DNA of 63,996 bases, the filler included, from Polymyxa betae A26-41 (lineage: Eukaryota > Protista > Endomyxa: Phytomyxea): NCBI GenBank assembly GCA_003693705.1. It is 5 parts of 5 records of this genome, joined end to end, with 100 filler letters (N's around TTAATTAATTAA, not from the genome) between each part and the next. Parts side by side here need not be neighbours in the genome. Positions count along the whole stretch, not along the records: positions 1 to 24,281 come from RBZT01000856.1; 4 more parts are not named here. One strand, written 5' to 3'. Below, in pieces: positions 1 to 11,289 of the stretch (position 1 is its first letter; each line of letters starts with the position of its first letter). The notes under the pieces are model-generated. The model did no database searches and was not told where the DNA came from. It saw only the letters and a list, made by a program, of their open reading frames with translations. The translations under genes and the position numbers were made by a program.

Positions 1-264
1 TAAAGGACGATGATGAAGATGATTGAATAATAAAAAACTATTTACCTTAACGCTTGAATGATGATAGATAGATAGATAGACGATTACGATGACATAGATA
101 GAGATAGAGACAGACGACCACGACGACCAATGGGGTGTGAAAGACGAAAGGAGAATTGAAAGTGGGTTGCGCGCAGAATTCCCCACTGGTTTGCCGTGGC
201 TGCGCCGTTTCTTCTTCATAGTTCAAGCACCAAGTCATAGTTATTATTCTCTCGTCGTTGTTAA

Positions 265-691
265 TATGGGTTCTGAACGCCCTTGCGATGATTGGGGGAG
301 TGATGAAAGTGCTTATGGTAATCGCGTTTTTAATTTGTTTATTGGACGCAAGATTGTCGAACTAATCAATATATACGCCTCCGTGGGAAATCACGAAGAA
401 TTCAAGGATATTATTGTCCAGCTGATAAATTGTCAATCACAATGGGAGAAATATGACAACATGGAATTCATCGCCAAGTTAGTTATAAAACTACTATCCA
501 AGAAACACCAACTCTACAATATGGACTACATGATCAACAATATCAAGCACATTATCCTGAGCGCTATTGATGAACTATATGCACTTGATAAATTTGATGA
601 TATGATTGAGATGATGGAAATAATGGTAGAACGAATCAATGGAAGCAAAAAGGCAAAACAACGTATATCTTTGAACATCTTTCAGGACTAA
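265..691 (+). CDS. Hypothetical helical protein (~142 aa from ATG 265), possibly carried inside a Harbinger-like element
   Basis: Open frame 137-691 with first ATG at 265; no recognisable motif; lies just inside the putative transposon end at ~943. Confidence 0.35.
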
Positions 692-842
692 TCAATTGAA
701 GCAAGAAGACCAGATGAATTAACATACATATTCAATTCAATACATATTTTCTTTTCCTTATTAGGGATGTGAATTGGGAATTGATTTTTACGAAAATGAC
801 AATTATCTGTTTAATATTTATTTAATATTTATTTAATTAGGA

Positions 843-946
843 TGTGTCATTTTTGGGTTGAATTTCCAAAAATGACAAACCCCAGACAAGGAAATAATCT
901 GTCATTTTTGAAAAAAAATCCAAAAATGACACGTTATAGGGTCTTA
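843..946. mobile_element. Right terminus of a PIF/Harbinger-like DNA transposon or MITE
   Basis: CCAAAAATGACACGTTATAGGGTC followed by TTA; a near-identical end occurs at 56128-56154; repeated GTCATTTTTG/CAAAAATGAC subterminal motifs; TTA/TAA is the Harbinger target. Confidence 0.55.
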
Positions 947-2034
947 TATATTTCCTTGTGTCGTCGCTGTTCCGACATTCATGGCAAACACCGACATCAC
1001 CGACGTTGAGATCCTGGCAATTTTGGAAGATGATGCGTGGTACCTGCCCCTGCTGGTGGATCATCCTCTGGTTTCGCTCCTATCACCTGCACACCTTTGT
1101 CGGCATCAAAAAAGTGTTGTTGTAGTCCGGAAACGTCCAGGACCCAAACGTAATCACAGTGTCCGCAGGCTTCCGTGGGCGAATCTTAACGCAGTCTCGT
1201 CGTAGCTTGAAAACTTGACAAATATTCTTGTTTTTGTTATAAAGTAATAATTTGCTACAGCTGTTTCAGGTAGGCAGTCTAACGCGATTACCGAATCTGT
1301 CGCTTTGAAAAATCGCTTGGATGTCAAATCGTCTTCTGATGATGGCGTCCAGGCCGTGTCTGCTAAATTACAGGCTCAGGGAGACGTGAAAGAGAGGGAG
1401 AGAAAGCCCAAACGGTAAAACACTTGGGCGAATGCGTCGAAATTGGGTTTGTAATCGTTGCTGCTTCAATATCTGAGCTTGGAGCAGCGCGCACAGCTAA
1501 AAACAGTTTCGCTTCTGCCGAGGGTAAAGTCATAGCAAAACTTGAACCCTTACAGTCGGAGCAGCAGGCTATATCCATCAGGAGACTGCCTTGTTACAAT
1601 CAATGTAATCTGCTCTCAATACAATCGTTGAAAGACTCAGTCTAACTTCAGATACTGTGAAAGAGTGCAAAGTTGAAGTTGAAGTTGGAAAGAAGCCGCT
1701 CCGAAAGTTCTCTTTTGATTCAAGACGGAAGGTCTGATCGGGACCGGAAAGGGCAGTCTTGACCGGAAAGGGAAGCCTTGACTCAGCTGACTGCGGGATC
1801 GATCTTAAATCACCTTCCTATCAAACCCTAAAACCCTAATATTCATTCCAACACCCTCAGTTAAGTGTTCGTAGAATCTCTTAACTGGAGTTGAGAACCG
1901 AATGGAAATCCTGTAAAGGTTAGTCAGGAATTCGAGATGATAATGGTGGAGCACGCTGCGCAGGAATTGGGGAACAATAGATAATAGTGGGACTCTGTGT
2001 AAAGTTAATATGAACAAATACCCACAAAAAACTA

Positions 2035-2382
2035 TCAGCAGGAGTATGGACGGACATCCTTTACATTAAGTAAAGTCCGTAACTCCTGGAAATGCGGCCC
2101 TGGGAGGGCTTTGGTGAATATGTCAGCGATATTTTTCGCTGATTCAAATCTCTTGAGCGAGAAAACACCGTTAGCGATTTCCTCTTTGCTAAAGTGATAT
2201 TTTAGGATGGTATGCTTTATTGAAGACTGGTTTAGGCTGCGATGGCCATAGGATATGCAACCATGATTGTCTTCAAAAATGACAAGTGGTGACTGCATTG
2301 GAGAACCTATTTCGTAAAGTAGGTTTCGGAGCCATTTTCCGTGTTTTGCGGATTCGGAAGATAATGGTGTATTAGTAAACAT
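2035..2382 (-). pseudogene. Ty1/Copia RNase H C-terminal remnant
   Basis: WLRNLLYEIG...IFEDNHGCI...KH..LKYHF...NIADIFTKAL is the Copia RNase H signature. Confidence 0.85.
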
Positions 2383-2899
2383 TTTACAAGTATAGTCTAC
2401 TGTGCCTACATGTATTATAAAGACATAACCGCCGACTGATTTTCTTCATTTTCCCAATCAGAATCTGAGAACGTTGCTGATGTTGGACAGTTCTTGGGAG
2501 ATTCATTGAAGTATGGTAGCGGACGCCTTAACTCTACAATCACTGTATGGGGCTGCGCAGAATCCCTAAGAAATTTACCGAAGACCAGGGACCTGCCCAA
2601 TAACTTCATAAATCGACAGTCTCATCGAACGCAATCAGATTATGAAATTTTTGAAAAAGTATTTTTTTCGCAGATTAGTAGCGGTTTGAATTTATTAGAG
2701 TGACACACCCATTGAGAAAACACGTCAAATTGGATCGCACTTTTGTATATACAGTGGATTATTTTTTTGCGTACAGTCACGCACTTTTTTCCGCGCAGAT
2801 ATTTTTTGCATTTTCAATAGCATCCTGTGATCCGTGACATTTTCAAAGCGATTCTCACTTGTCGACGATACCACGCCCAGGGAAACAGAATAAACATCT

Positions 2900-3096
2900 T
2901 GTAGCAGATCTACGGGTTCAGATCTTCGTGATTTGGGGCTAAAATTAATTCTGTATTCCAGCTCCCATTTCCAGTCCGGTTATTCCGTCACGGAGTCCAT
3001 TTGAGTCCGTGGCGGAGTCGTCCTGAATAAAGGGCCGTTAATATATATAATAAAATAAGGGTCTTTTTCTGGAAATATTCTGCAAATATTGACACA
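2900..3096 (-). repeat. 3' LTR of Gypsy element 1
   Basis: Direct repeat of 8622-8813, adjacent to the purine tract (minus strand CGAAGAGAGGAG). Confidence 0.95.
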
Positions 3097-3680
3097 CTCC
3101 TCTCTTCGAAATACTCGTCTGGCTCTTGAATCGTTCTTATACAGTACCTAAATTTCACAGTTAGGGTTAAGGGTTTTAGGGTTTCGTCAATGTCTGCTTT
3201 CATTCATGTCTTCGATCATCTAGTCTTCAGCCTTCCGTCCTCTGGTCGTCTGTCTACTGTCATCAGTCATCTGTCTTCAATCTACAGTCATCAGTCTTCT
3301 GCCGTCTGTCTTCGGGCTAGCCTTCATCATCTTTCTTCTTTCTCTATATAAAAAAATAATTATTTAACAATTGGTCAATCTCCAATTTTTTCTGGACCTC
3401 ATCTATTTATCCATTCTTTACTTGTCTACATAAATAATCCGCATTAAAACCCAGTGGGATAAAAGCATGAATTTATTTATTGACTTTCAATTGGATTTCA
3501 GAAACCCAGCTGCTTCTTCTGCCAGTTCGTGGCCTTCTAACTTTAACTTTTTAATATATTTCTCTACTTTCGCAGGAATATCTTCATATAGAGTCTTAAG
3601 TGGCTCCCATGAGTCTTCGTCATGTGAGAAACCTCTCCATTCGACTAAAAATTCTAACTGGTTGCTGTCTGCATTCAGAC

Positions 3681-4002
3681 TGTTAGTAAGCGATCCAATC
3701 TCCTGTGTACAAGTGTTGAGACAGAGTCCAATTCTGGTGGCGCACGTCATACTCCCGCGACTGGCTGCGCCGTCTCCACTGGTCATCTCGAGGAAGGGAG
3801 GGTGCAACCCTCTGATGACAACGGTGCCAACAGTTGAAGACGGAGAAGTCCGTGGCGGAGTTTTGGTTTATATGGTAATGCCCTAATTCTATACTGTGAT
3901 ATATAATGCCTCCGGGCCATAATACAATTCATTCTGCTATTGATTGTATTTAGCTCACATCGTTCTGAATCGTAGCCGCTTCCCGGAGCGAGAAAACCAA
4001 CA
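3681..4002. mobile_element. Solo LTR (Copia-type, 322 bp) inserted in the chromodomain of Gypsy element 1
   Basis: TGTTAG...CCAACA ends with 5-bp TSD CAGAC at 3676-3680 and 4003-4007; removal restores KGCRL|NADSNQLEFLVEW. Confidence 0.9.
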
Positions 4003-4568
4003 CAGACGGCATCCTTTAAGGTCTTCAACTTGATAACTTTCGTTATCATTTGCAAACTGACTTTTTATCTCTTCGGTAACGTTAAGTTTGTCATCTGCGT
4101 AGAATCGTATCCTGGCTCCGTGAATCCTCTTTCGCGCGAATCCACGATGTTTTCGACTTCGAATATGTAGTGGTCTTCTGTAGCGACTATTCGGTACGGG
4201 CCGCGCCCCTTTAAGAAAAGTTTGCGTCCGGACATTTTAGCGGGCTCCGCTATGCCAACTAACACGTAATCGCCGATACCGAAATTCGGCTCTCTTCGGT
4301 ATTTGTTTGCGGTCCTTTTCTTCGCATCTCGTTGCTTCCGAGACGTTTCTTCTACTTCTTTATGCATTTTTTCTTACGCATTTTCAAGGTCATCTACCAG
4401 TTTTTGAATCTGGTCTTTCGACATTCTTATTTTAATATTTTAATAAAATTAAGATTTTTTGGATTTTTGAAAATTTCTTCTAATGGGTTATCTGGCTGTA
4501 AGCCAGTCATCACTGTTATGGGAGCGTTTCCGTTGAGTCGGCTCTGCGGTCTATGATTCAACGTATGC

Positions 4569-6809
4569 TCAACGTTGGAATTCAACCAGGGCCAGTATTC
4601 CTTGTCCCAACGTAATCAGCGATAGATAGCACTTATTCACCACTTCGATGCTTCCGTTATTATAGTGCCCGTACGCTGTAGTGAGATGCTGTGTAACATT
4701 ACACTTCAGCGCAAATTTCTTCATGGTTTCGGACACAAAGTACGACGTCATGTCTGAGACCAACATCTCCGGGGTCCCAAACAACGCGCGCCATTCCATC
4801 AGTGCTTCGACCGAGACTTCTGTATCAGGGATCTTTGCGGGTGTTATCTTCACGAGGCCCGAAAGGTCGTCGCGCAAAATCAGGTTCCACTGATATTCGT
4901 GAATCCCGTTTTTCTTCGTTGACCATACATAAATCCAGTCCATATGGATCACTTTATTGCATTTGGATGCGTGAATTTGTGTACCTAGCGGCCTAGGAAT
5001 ACGTATTCCCCCTCTTGTTGGTAGGCAATGTAAACTCGAGTTACATAAAGTGCGCATGTCTTCTGCGCAGTTTTGCCAGTAAAAATACTGCGAAAGTTTC
5101 TGCGTAGCAGCCTGATAGCCTAGGTGGCCGCTGCTTTCGACTGAATGCGCAATTATACAAAGCCTAATCTTCAAATTTTCAGTATCTTTAGGAATTATAA
5201 TCTTCTGTTTATCTTGCGTAACTAATAACCCGTCTTCATTGTATTTAGGGTTTTTGACTTGTAAAAAGTCTTGTTGCGCCTTTTTGATTTCTTCTATCGA
5301 TGGCCATACAAAATCAGGCCTGTGCATGGGTCGTACTCGCCCTTCGTCTGTGATCTTCAATACTTTCGCTCTTCTTATGAGGACAGGCCCATCTTCTCCT
5401 GTCGTACTGGCCCCCCAGCGTGTCATGAGGTCAGCCCAATAATTTTCTTCGCCTTTGATATGCTCTATCTCGTAACGAAATCTCTGCATTTCTAGGGCCC
5501 ATCTCTGCAATTTCTGCGCAGTAAGGTTCGAAAACTGATGCGGAGACAAGATCTGTATCAAATTTTTATGATCGCAGAAAAGTTTAAATGGTTTCTTCAA
5601 TTGCACTAGATAATCAAGCTTTTGCATTGTATCTTCTATGGCAAATCCTTCTTTTTCGGCAACAGTCCAGTTTAGTTCCGACCCGTTAAACCGATGTCCC
5701 ACGAACCCTAGCGGTTCATGTCTCTGTAGTCCAATTGGTTTTTCTGAATCTTCAATCGGAATTTGTGTAACCATTCCAGATGTATTATATTCATTCTCAT
5801 CAGTGAACATACACTGAATCATATCATCTCTTGGGAATGAAAGCTTTGTACGATATGCGATCGCGGTCTTCAACTTCTCGAAAGCCAGCGCATGCTGCGG
5901 GCCCCAGCCATACTTCGATAAGCGAACTTGTCTCGCTACGCTTTTCGTTCGTGCTTGCTGGTTCTTCATTGATTCTTCAAATATATCTTGTAAGCATCTA
6001 ACTGTCTTATTATATTCTGGAATCGATCGGCTCATCCACTGAGTAGCCATGAGAAATTGCTGCCGGTCTCGCGCAGTTTTGAGCTGCGGTATTGCTAGTA
6101 GGGTCTCAATCCTTTCCGGGTCGTGGGTTACGCCATCCGGAGAGAATATTCGTCCACAGAATTTGGCCGACCTACTGTAGAGTTCACACTTCTTCACGTT
6201 AAATTTTATGTTACTTTCTACGGCCAATTGTAATGTCTTCTCAAGATACTGGAACCAGTCATCTAATGTCTTCGCATGTCCCAGCAGGTCATCAATCCAT
6301 ATAATCAAGGCTTTATTAAGGAGGTTTTTAAAGACTCCAGCCATTCTTGCCTGGAACTGGGTCGCTGAATTTAAAGCGCCCTGAATTGACCTTCTAGGCG
6401 TATACACGCCATTATCTGTCATAAATGAGAACATTTCTTGACAATCTTCTGCTAGCGGCATCATCCAGAATCCTTTGAATGCATCCAGCTTGAACCAGTG
6501 CCTGGATCCCGCTAAATGGTTGACTATGGATTCTAAAAATGGCAAAGGCCACGCTGTGCTCTCGCTGATCGCGTTGACTGCTCTCAGATCGACGCACATT
6601 CTTTTTCCACCGTCACCTTTCTTCACTACAACTACAGGAGAGGCCCACTTTGAATTTTGATTTTCATGGACCAGTCCATATTTCATCAATTCTTCTACGA
6701 ATTTCTGGTATTTTCTTGCCGGGCATTTGTAAGGTTGTGAATTGGGTTCAGCTGAGTCACGAAAGGGGTGACCTTTGCTGGCGGTTCTGGCCCTAACTTC
6801 ACCTGCCAT
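4569..6809 (-). CDS. Gypsy pol fragment (RT, RNase H, integrase), 746-aa open frame
   Basis: WASPVVVVKK, RMCVDLRAVN, LDAFKGFW, WIDD, CDHKNL, RWAL, GHLG, HMDW motifs. Confidence 0.9.
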   Translation of the reverse strand: MAGEVRARTASKGHPFRDSAEPNSQPYKCPARKYQKFVEELMKYGLVHENQNSKWASPVVVVKKGDGGKRMCVDLRAVNAISESTAWPLPFLESIVNHLAGSRHWFKLDAFKGFWMMPLAEDCQEMFSFMTDNGVYTPRRSIQGALNSATQFQARMAGVFKNLLNKALIIWIDDLLGHAKTLDDWFQYLEKTLQLAVESNIKFNVKKCELYSRSAKFCGRIFSPDGVTHDPERIETLLAIPQLKTARDRQQFLMATQWMSRSIPEYNKTVRCLQDIFEESMKNQQARTKSVARQVRLSKYGWGPQHALAFEKLKTAIAYRTKLSFPRDDMIQCMFTDENEYNTSGMVTQIPIEDSEKPIGLQRHEPLGFVGHRFNGSELNWTVAEKEGFAIEDTMQKLDYLVQLKKPFKLFCDHKNLIQILSPHQFSNLTAQKLQRWALEMQRFRYEIEHIKGEENYWADLMTRWGASTTGEDGPVLIRRAKVLKITDEGRVRPMHRPDFVWPSIEEIKKAQQDFLQVKNPKYNEDGLLVTQDKQKIIIPKDTENLKIRLCIIAHSVESSGHLGYQAATQKLSQYFYWQNCAEDMRTLCNSSLHCLPTRGGIRIPRPLGTQIHASKCNKVIHMDWIYVWSTKKNGIHEYQWNLILRDDLSGLVKITPAKIPDTEVSVEALMEWRALFGTPEMLVSDMTSYFVSETMKKFALKCNVTQHLTTAYGHYNNGSIEVVNKCYLSLITLGQGILALVEFQR

Positions 6810-8621
6810 GCTTTTTCAAATTTGTATAATAAATTCTGCAGTTTATTTCGCCATTCTTTGGGGAGACCATTTTCTTCTGCTCTCTTCAGCATTGCTTCAA
6901 TTTCGGACCGCACCTCCGTTTGGTCCACGGACCCAATTACTGCGCCCTCTTCCTGGTCACTCCCTTCTTCGATATCACTTTTTGGCGATTCTTAATCAGT
7001 TCTCTGGGTGCCATTAGCTTCGTTTCTGACATTCTTCCGCCAAATAAGTGCGTCGAGCGCAGTTTTTGGCTCTATTCCCAGTTCTTCAAGCAGGTCGCTC
7101 CCCAGTATGATTTCGTCACTGGGTACATCCCATATCTGGCACTTCCGTCGGCGTGATACGACTTCACGCGCACATGTCCGTAGTCTAATTTCTAGAGTTA
7201 CGGCGCCCGTGACGACTACCTCTGTAACATTATCGCCCAGATGTAACCGCACGGGCTCTGCGAGCTGTATCTTCTCTATGGTAGGGTCAATTTTCATAGC
7301 ACGATCGGCTATTATTTTTGGTATTAGAGGCACCGCCGTGGCGCCGCTATCTAGGATACCTGGTACGTATAAACCTTCACAGATCCTAACATCTATTTGT
7401 TTGTCATCTTCCCTACTCCTGATTCGGCATACCAATGGACACTTTGAATGTTTCTTCTTGAATTTATTATCTTTCTCCATCAAAAGTGCGCGAATTTCCG
7501 CTTTAGTCAAGGGATGGGTTGGGCACAGAAAGGCCGGATGCCCAATTTTGTGACAGCTGAATCATTCCAGCGTACAGTTTTCATCGATTTCTCTACTCTT
7601 CGGTTTCTTCTCCTTCTGGGGTTTCTTCGGATTAACAGTTACCTGTTGTTCAGGGGAGCGCTTCTTTCCCGTGGTCTTCCTTTCGCTAACCGCCTTCAGC
7701 GCTGTTGCGGTCTCTTCATGGCTCTCGGCCTTCATCTCAAGGATTATGCCGAACGCCAGAGGCCGCGACCACAGCTTCGGCTCTCTTTTTAGCGCGGTCT
7801 CCATAATCTTCTTAAGACCTACAGGTTCAACAGCGTTCAGTAAATATTTTACCTTCCGCTTCTTCCCTTCTTCTTCTTCTTTGAAGACGTCACCCCATCC
7901 GTTTTCTTCAACAATCTGATCGAAACGGATCATCATAGCCATCACTCGACCACTGGGAGGTGTGATGCGGGGGTCCATCTTAACGGCCTTCAGCTTCTTG
8001 TCCATGAGCGCATCGTTGGAAAGGTCGGAGGCCAGAAAACCGTCCATCCAACCTTCGATATCCTGATCCGTCACATCTTCGACTGATATTTCAAGCTTAT
8101 TGTCACAAATAAACTTTAACATCGGACGGTTCAATGCAGGATACCAACGAGCGTGGGGTGACTCCCCGGAACTCAGCCTCTCGAAAAACGCGTAGGTAGC
8201 GCTCTCGTTCTTTCCGAAACTTCAACATACGGTTCCGGTCGGGGATCTTCAGGATCGGCGCCCGATTGGTTTCCAGTATGGCGAGGCCGCCAGAGGCCGC
8301 GTTGCGCTGCCCATCCCCACGATAAATGTTACCACGACGGTCAGCTACCTCTTCTGGATCTTCCCGGTGCATGCTCTGCTGCCGAACAATCTCAGCATTC
8401 GAGAATGCACCATTGGCGATGGCCTCCGCCGTCGCCATTGCAGCTTCGGACCACTCGTCATTGTCGTCACCGGCTTCATCTGTCGCAGTTTCATCTTCGG
8501 CTTCTTCATTCACCGCATCACTGCGGTGATCATCTTCTTCGGATTCGACTGACATGTCGTCCACGAGGTTCTGAGATTCTTCTTCAGTAATCCTCACAAT
8601 CTTTGCTAGATAAAACGTCTT

Positions 8622-8813
8622 TGTAGCAGATCTACGGGTTCAGATCTTCGTGATTCGGGGCTAAAATGAATTCTGTATTCCAGCTCCCATTTCCAGTCCG
8701 GTTATTCCGTCACGGAGTCCATTTGAGTCCGTGGCGGAGTCGTCCTGAATATAGGGCCGTTTATATATATAATAAGGGTCTTTTTCTGGAAATATTCTGC
8801 AAATATTGACACA
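8622..8813 (-). repeat. 5' LTR of Gypsy element 1
   Basis: Direct repeat of 2900-3096, followed by TSD ATCT. Confidence 0.95.
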
Positions 8814-10072
8814 ATCTTCAGAAGCTTTCAGAAATGAAGCGCCGCCATCTTGCGAATGCAAATGAGTGCAGTCCGTCGATTGAGATTCTCTCTTCTTCAG
8901 ATGAAGAAGACGATCAAGAATATATGCTGATCGAAGATGACGTTGTTCCTCATTAGAAGTGGAAACTTCTTTCGAAAATGTAAATAAGTGGACTGAAGGT
9001 GCAGGAAACCAGTTTCGGAAGGCATATGCAGGCGATAGCAGAGCGACGAAATATCGGCGTCAAGCTTTGCAAAATGAACGGCTTGCTGTGGCTTCAAAAT
9101 GCCAGTTAATAACAGACTTCTTTGCAAAAGGGAGCACGACAAACGAATCGGAAGAAGCCAACCATGAAAAGAGTTCGGACAGATAATTGACTCGGAATGC
9201 TTTGATTGATCGGGCATTAGAGAGTATCTCCAAGCACACTCATATTGGCCAACGACAATCCTTTGAGCGCCAATCAGGCCTAAGCAAATACGATTACATA
9301 CGATGCATCGCCATCCAACGCTACTTGCTTCTGCTTAGGGAAAATCCAAGCTCTAAAATTGAAAGTTCATTATCTGTGGTTGAATCACAGTTCCCTTCTG
9401 CCAAGGGTCGCTGCGATTACAAGCCACGAAAGCTACGCGAATGGGCAGCGTTTTACATTAAACACCGAAAACTTCCCAAGTCACAGCAAGGCTCGCATGT
9501 GAAAACAAAATCTTTGACTAGCGAAGATGTTCAAAATCGATGTCTGGTTTGGCTTCGTTCGCAGAGACCGGACTCAATCAGCGGCAGGACGTTCGCCCAC
9601 TGGATTCCATCGTCCCTACACTCTGAATTGGATCTCATGCAGCCCATTAACATTCATGAGCGAACTGCACAAAGGTGGCTTCATTACCTTGGGGTTTCTC
9701 CCAACGTTTATCAACAGGGATTGTATTTTCGACGGCCATGAGAGGCAAGATGTTGTTGAATATCGAAAGCAATTTCTAGCTGAAATCTCTGAGTATCAAA
9801 GGCGAATGTTCACCTACGTTGGAGATGATCTTGAAACTGCAGTGCGTCCTGACTTGGCTGATTAGGAGAAACCCATTGTTCTGGTTACTCACGACGAGTC
9901 CTGCTTTTCGTCAAACGACGGAAAGAACACCACCTGGATGGAGGAAGAGCGAAAGCCGTAACGTCCTACCTGAAATATTGTAAGAACAGGTTTTGACAAA
10001 TTCCAGATCGTTTGGATGCATTGTTTGTGAATAAAAAAACACAAAATTGATAGCCCGCATCGAATATTTTCT

Positions 10073-11234
10073 ATCAAGCGAAGGGCAGTTTCAGGCTCAG
10101 GATAAGCCGGCCGTTAAACAAGATGTCGGGCGTGCTAAATGGACGGCTAACAAGCAATTACGTCTTATGGACCGCATGATCGTCCATGTGAAGTGTTAGT
10201 TCTACCATCCGCCTTCATTTGCTGTTTATATTTATGCTGACATCAGGCCGCCAAAGGCGGAAAAGCAGATAACGGATACAAAAAAACAGGCTTGGCAAGA
10301 TGTAGCTGTCGCTTTTACCAAGGAATTCGGGACGACCTACGAAATCAGGCAGTTAAAGTCTCAGATGACAGGTATTTTTGTATTCCTTTTAAATGATAAA
10401 ATGCTAGGGTCTACAATGAATCGAACAGCTAAAAGAGAAATGGAACCTTTTGAAAACGTTGAGAAACAATAGCGGATTCGGCTGGGACGACGAACGTCAA
10501 CTGCCGACAGCACCAGACCAGACATGGAACGAGCTGATAGAGGTGTGTTTTCGTAATATTCCTCCCTTATCTAATATTAGTGTATTGTGCAGAAAAAGGC
10601 CAAATACGCCATGTTTCGAGACACTCCATGGCCTTTGTTTCAACCGGCTGACCAGCTTTTCGAAGGATCAGCAGCCACGGGTGCGTTCGCTGTCGAATCG
10701 ACACAGCCGCAGCCTGTGATAGCCGAGCGATTCTTCCCGAACGCGAATGCTTCGACGGCTCGATCGCTAGCGGAATCTTTTGAACCCTTCGCTCGTGAAG
10801 ACGATTATTCGTCGTCGCTTCGCTCTGACGACGAACCCCCGCGTAGCGAAAGAAACGTAGTGTGATAGGCAGCCCTCGTTCCGGTGTGAAAACGTCAAGC
10901 AATGTCGAAGAGATTTTGGCTCCCTACGCCTCCATTCTCCAGCGCCCGACGCGGGAGGAGCACTCCTGCATGGGCGGTTGCGGAAGCGATTACGAGATTC
11001 GCTGATGCTCGTTCCCAGAAAACCTCGGAACCTGATGTCGAAATCGTGGCGGCAACCTCGACTGAACGAGCAGTTAGTATTCTGGAACAGTAGTACTCAG
11101 ATGAATTGCTTGATGAAGAGATGGCGACCACTTTTGAGGTAATGGAGAATGAAATCAAGGCAAGAAACATTTGTGCCATGCGCAAGGGAGCATCACGAGA
11201 TATCTGGCTCGTAAAGCAGATGCTCAGTCATTAG
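10073..11234 (+). pseudogene. Myb/SANT-like DNA-binding ORF of a PIF/Harbinger element (intron-containing, degenerate)
   Basis: RAKWT...ADNGYKK...QLKS...LRNNSGFGWDDERQLPTAPDQTWNELI; SGFGWD is the hallmark of Myb/SANT-like Harbinger ORF1. Confidence 0.8.
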
Positions 11235-11289
11235 AATTAATGTTTAATTAAAAATCACTCTACTGTCATTTCCGTTTATACTTCAAGTA

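Larger units (their letters stand above)
2900..8813 (-). mobile_element. Structurally complete Ty3/Gypsy chromovirus (gag-CCHC, protease, RT, RNase H, integrase, chromodomain) with disrupted ORFs
   Basis: LTRs 2900-3096 and 8622-8813 (TG...CA, a few substitutions and one 5-bp indel); TSD ATCT on both sides; PPT 3097-3108; LDSGA protease, WIDD RT, HHCC-like/DDE integrase, GPY motif, and chromodomain EFLVEWRGFSHDEDSWEP. Confidence 0.95.
2752..9960 (+). mobile_element. Degenerate Tc1/IS630-like DDE transposon interrupted by the Gypsy element at 2900-8813
   Basis: TA|CAGTGG start at 2752. Removing the Gypsy insert rejoins a frame (IPRPGKQNKH|LQKLSEMKRRHL...). Downstream fragments read GLYF-DGHERQDVVEYRKQFL and LVTHDESCFSSNDG, typical of this transposase group. 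Stops and frameshifts present; right end missing. Confidence 0.7.

Noticed and set aside
7008-8590. Plus-strand ORFs antisense to Gypsy gag and protease (also antisense ORFs at 56.9-58.5 kb)
   Set aside because: Shadow frames of GC-rich coding sequence.
8814-9960. Fanzor/TnpB cargo associated with the Tc1/IS630-like element
   Set aside because: No RuvC or zinc-finger motifs in any ORF; the element is cut off by a Harbinger remnant.
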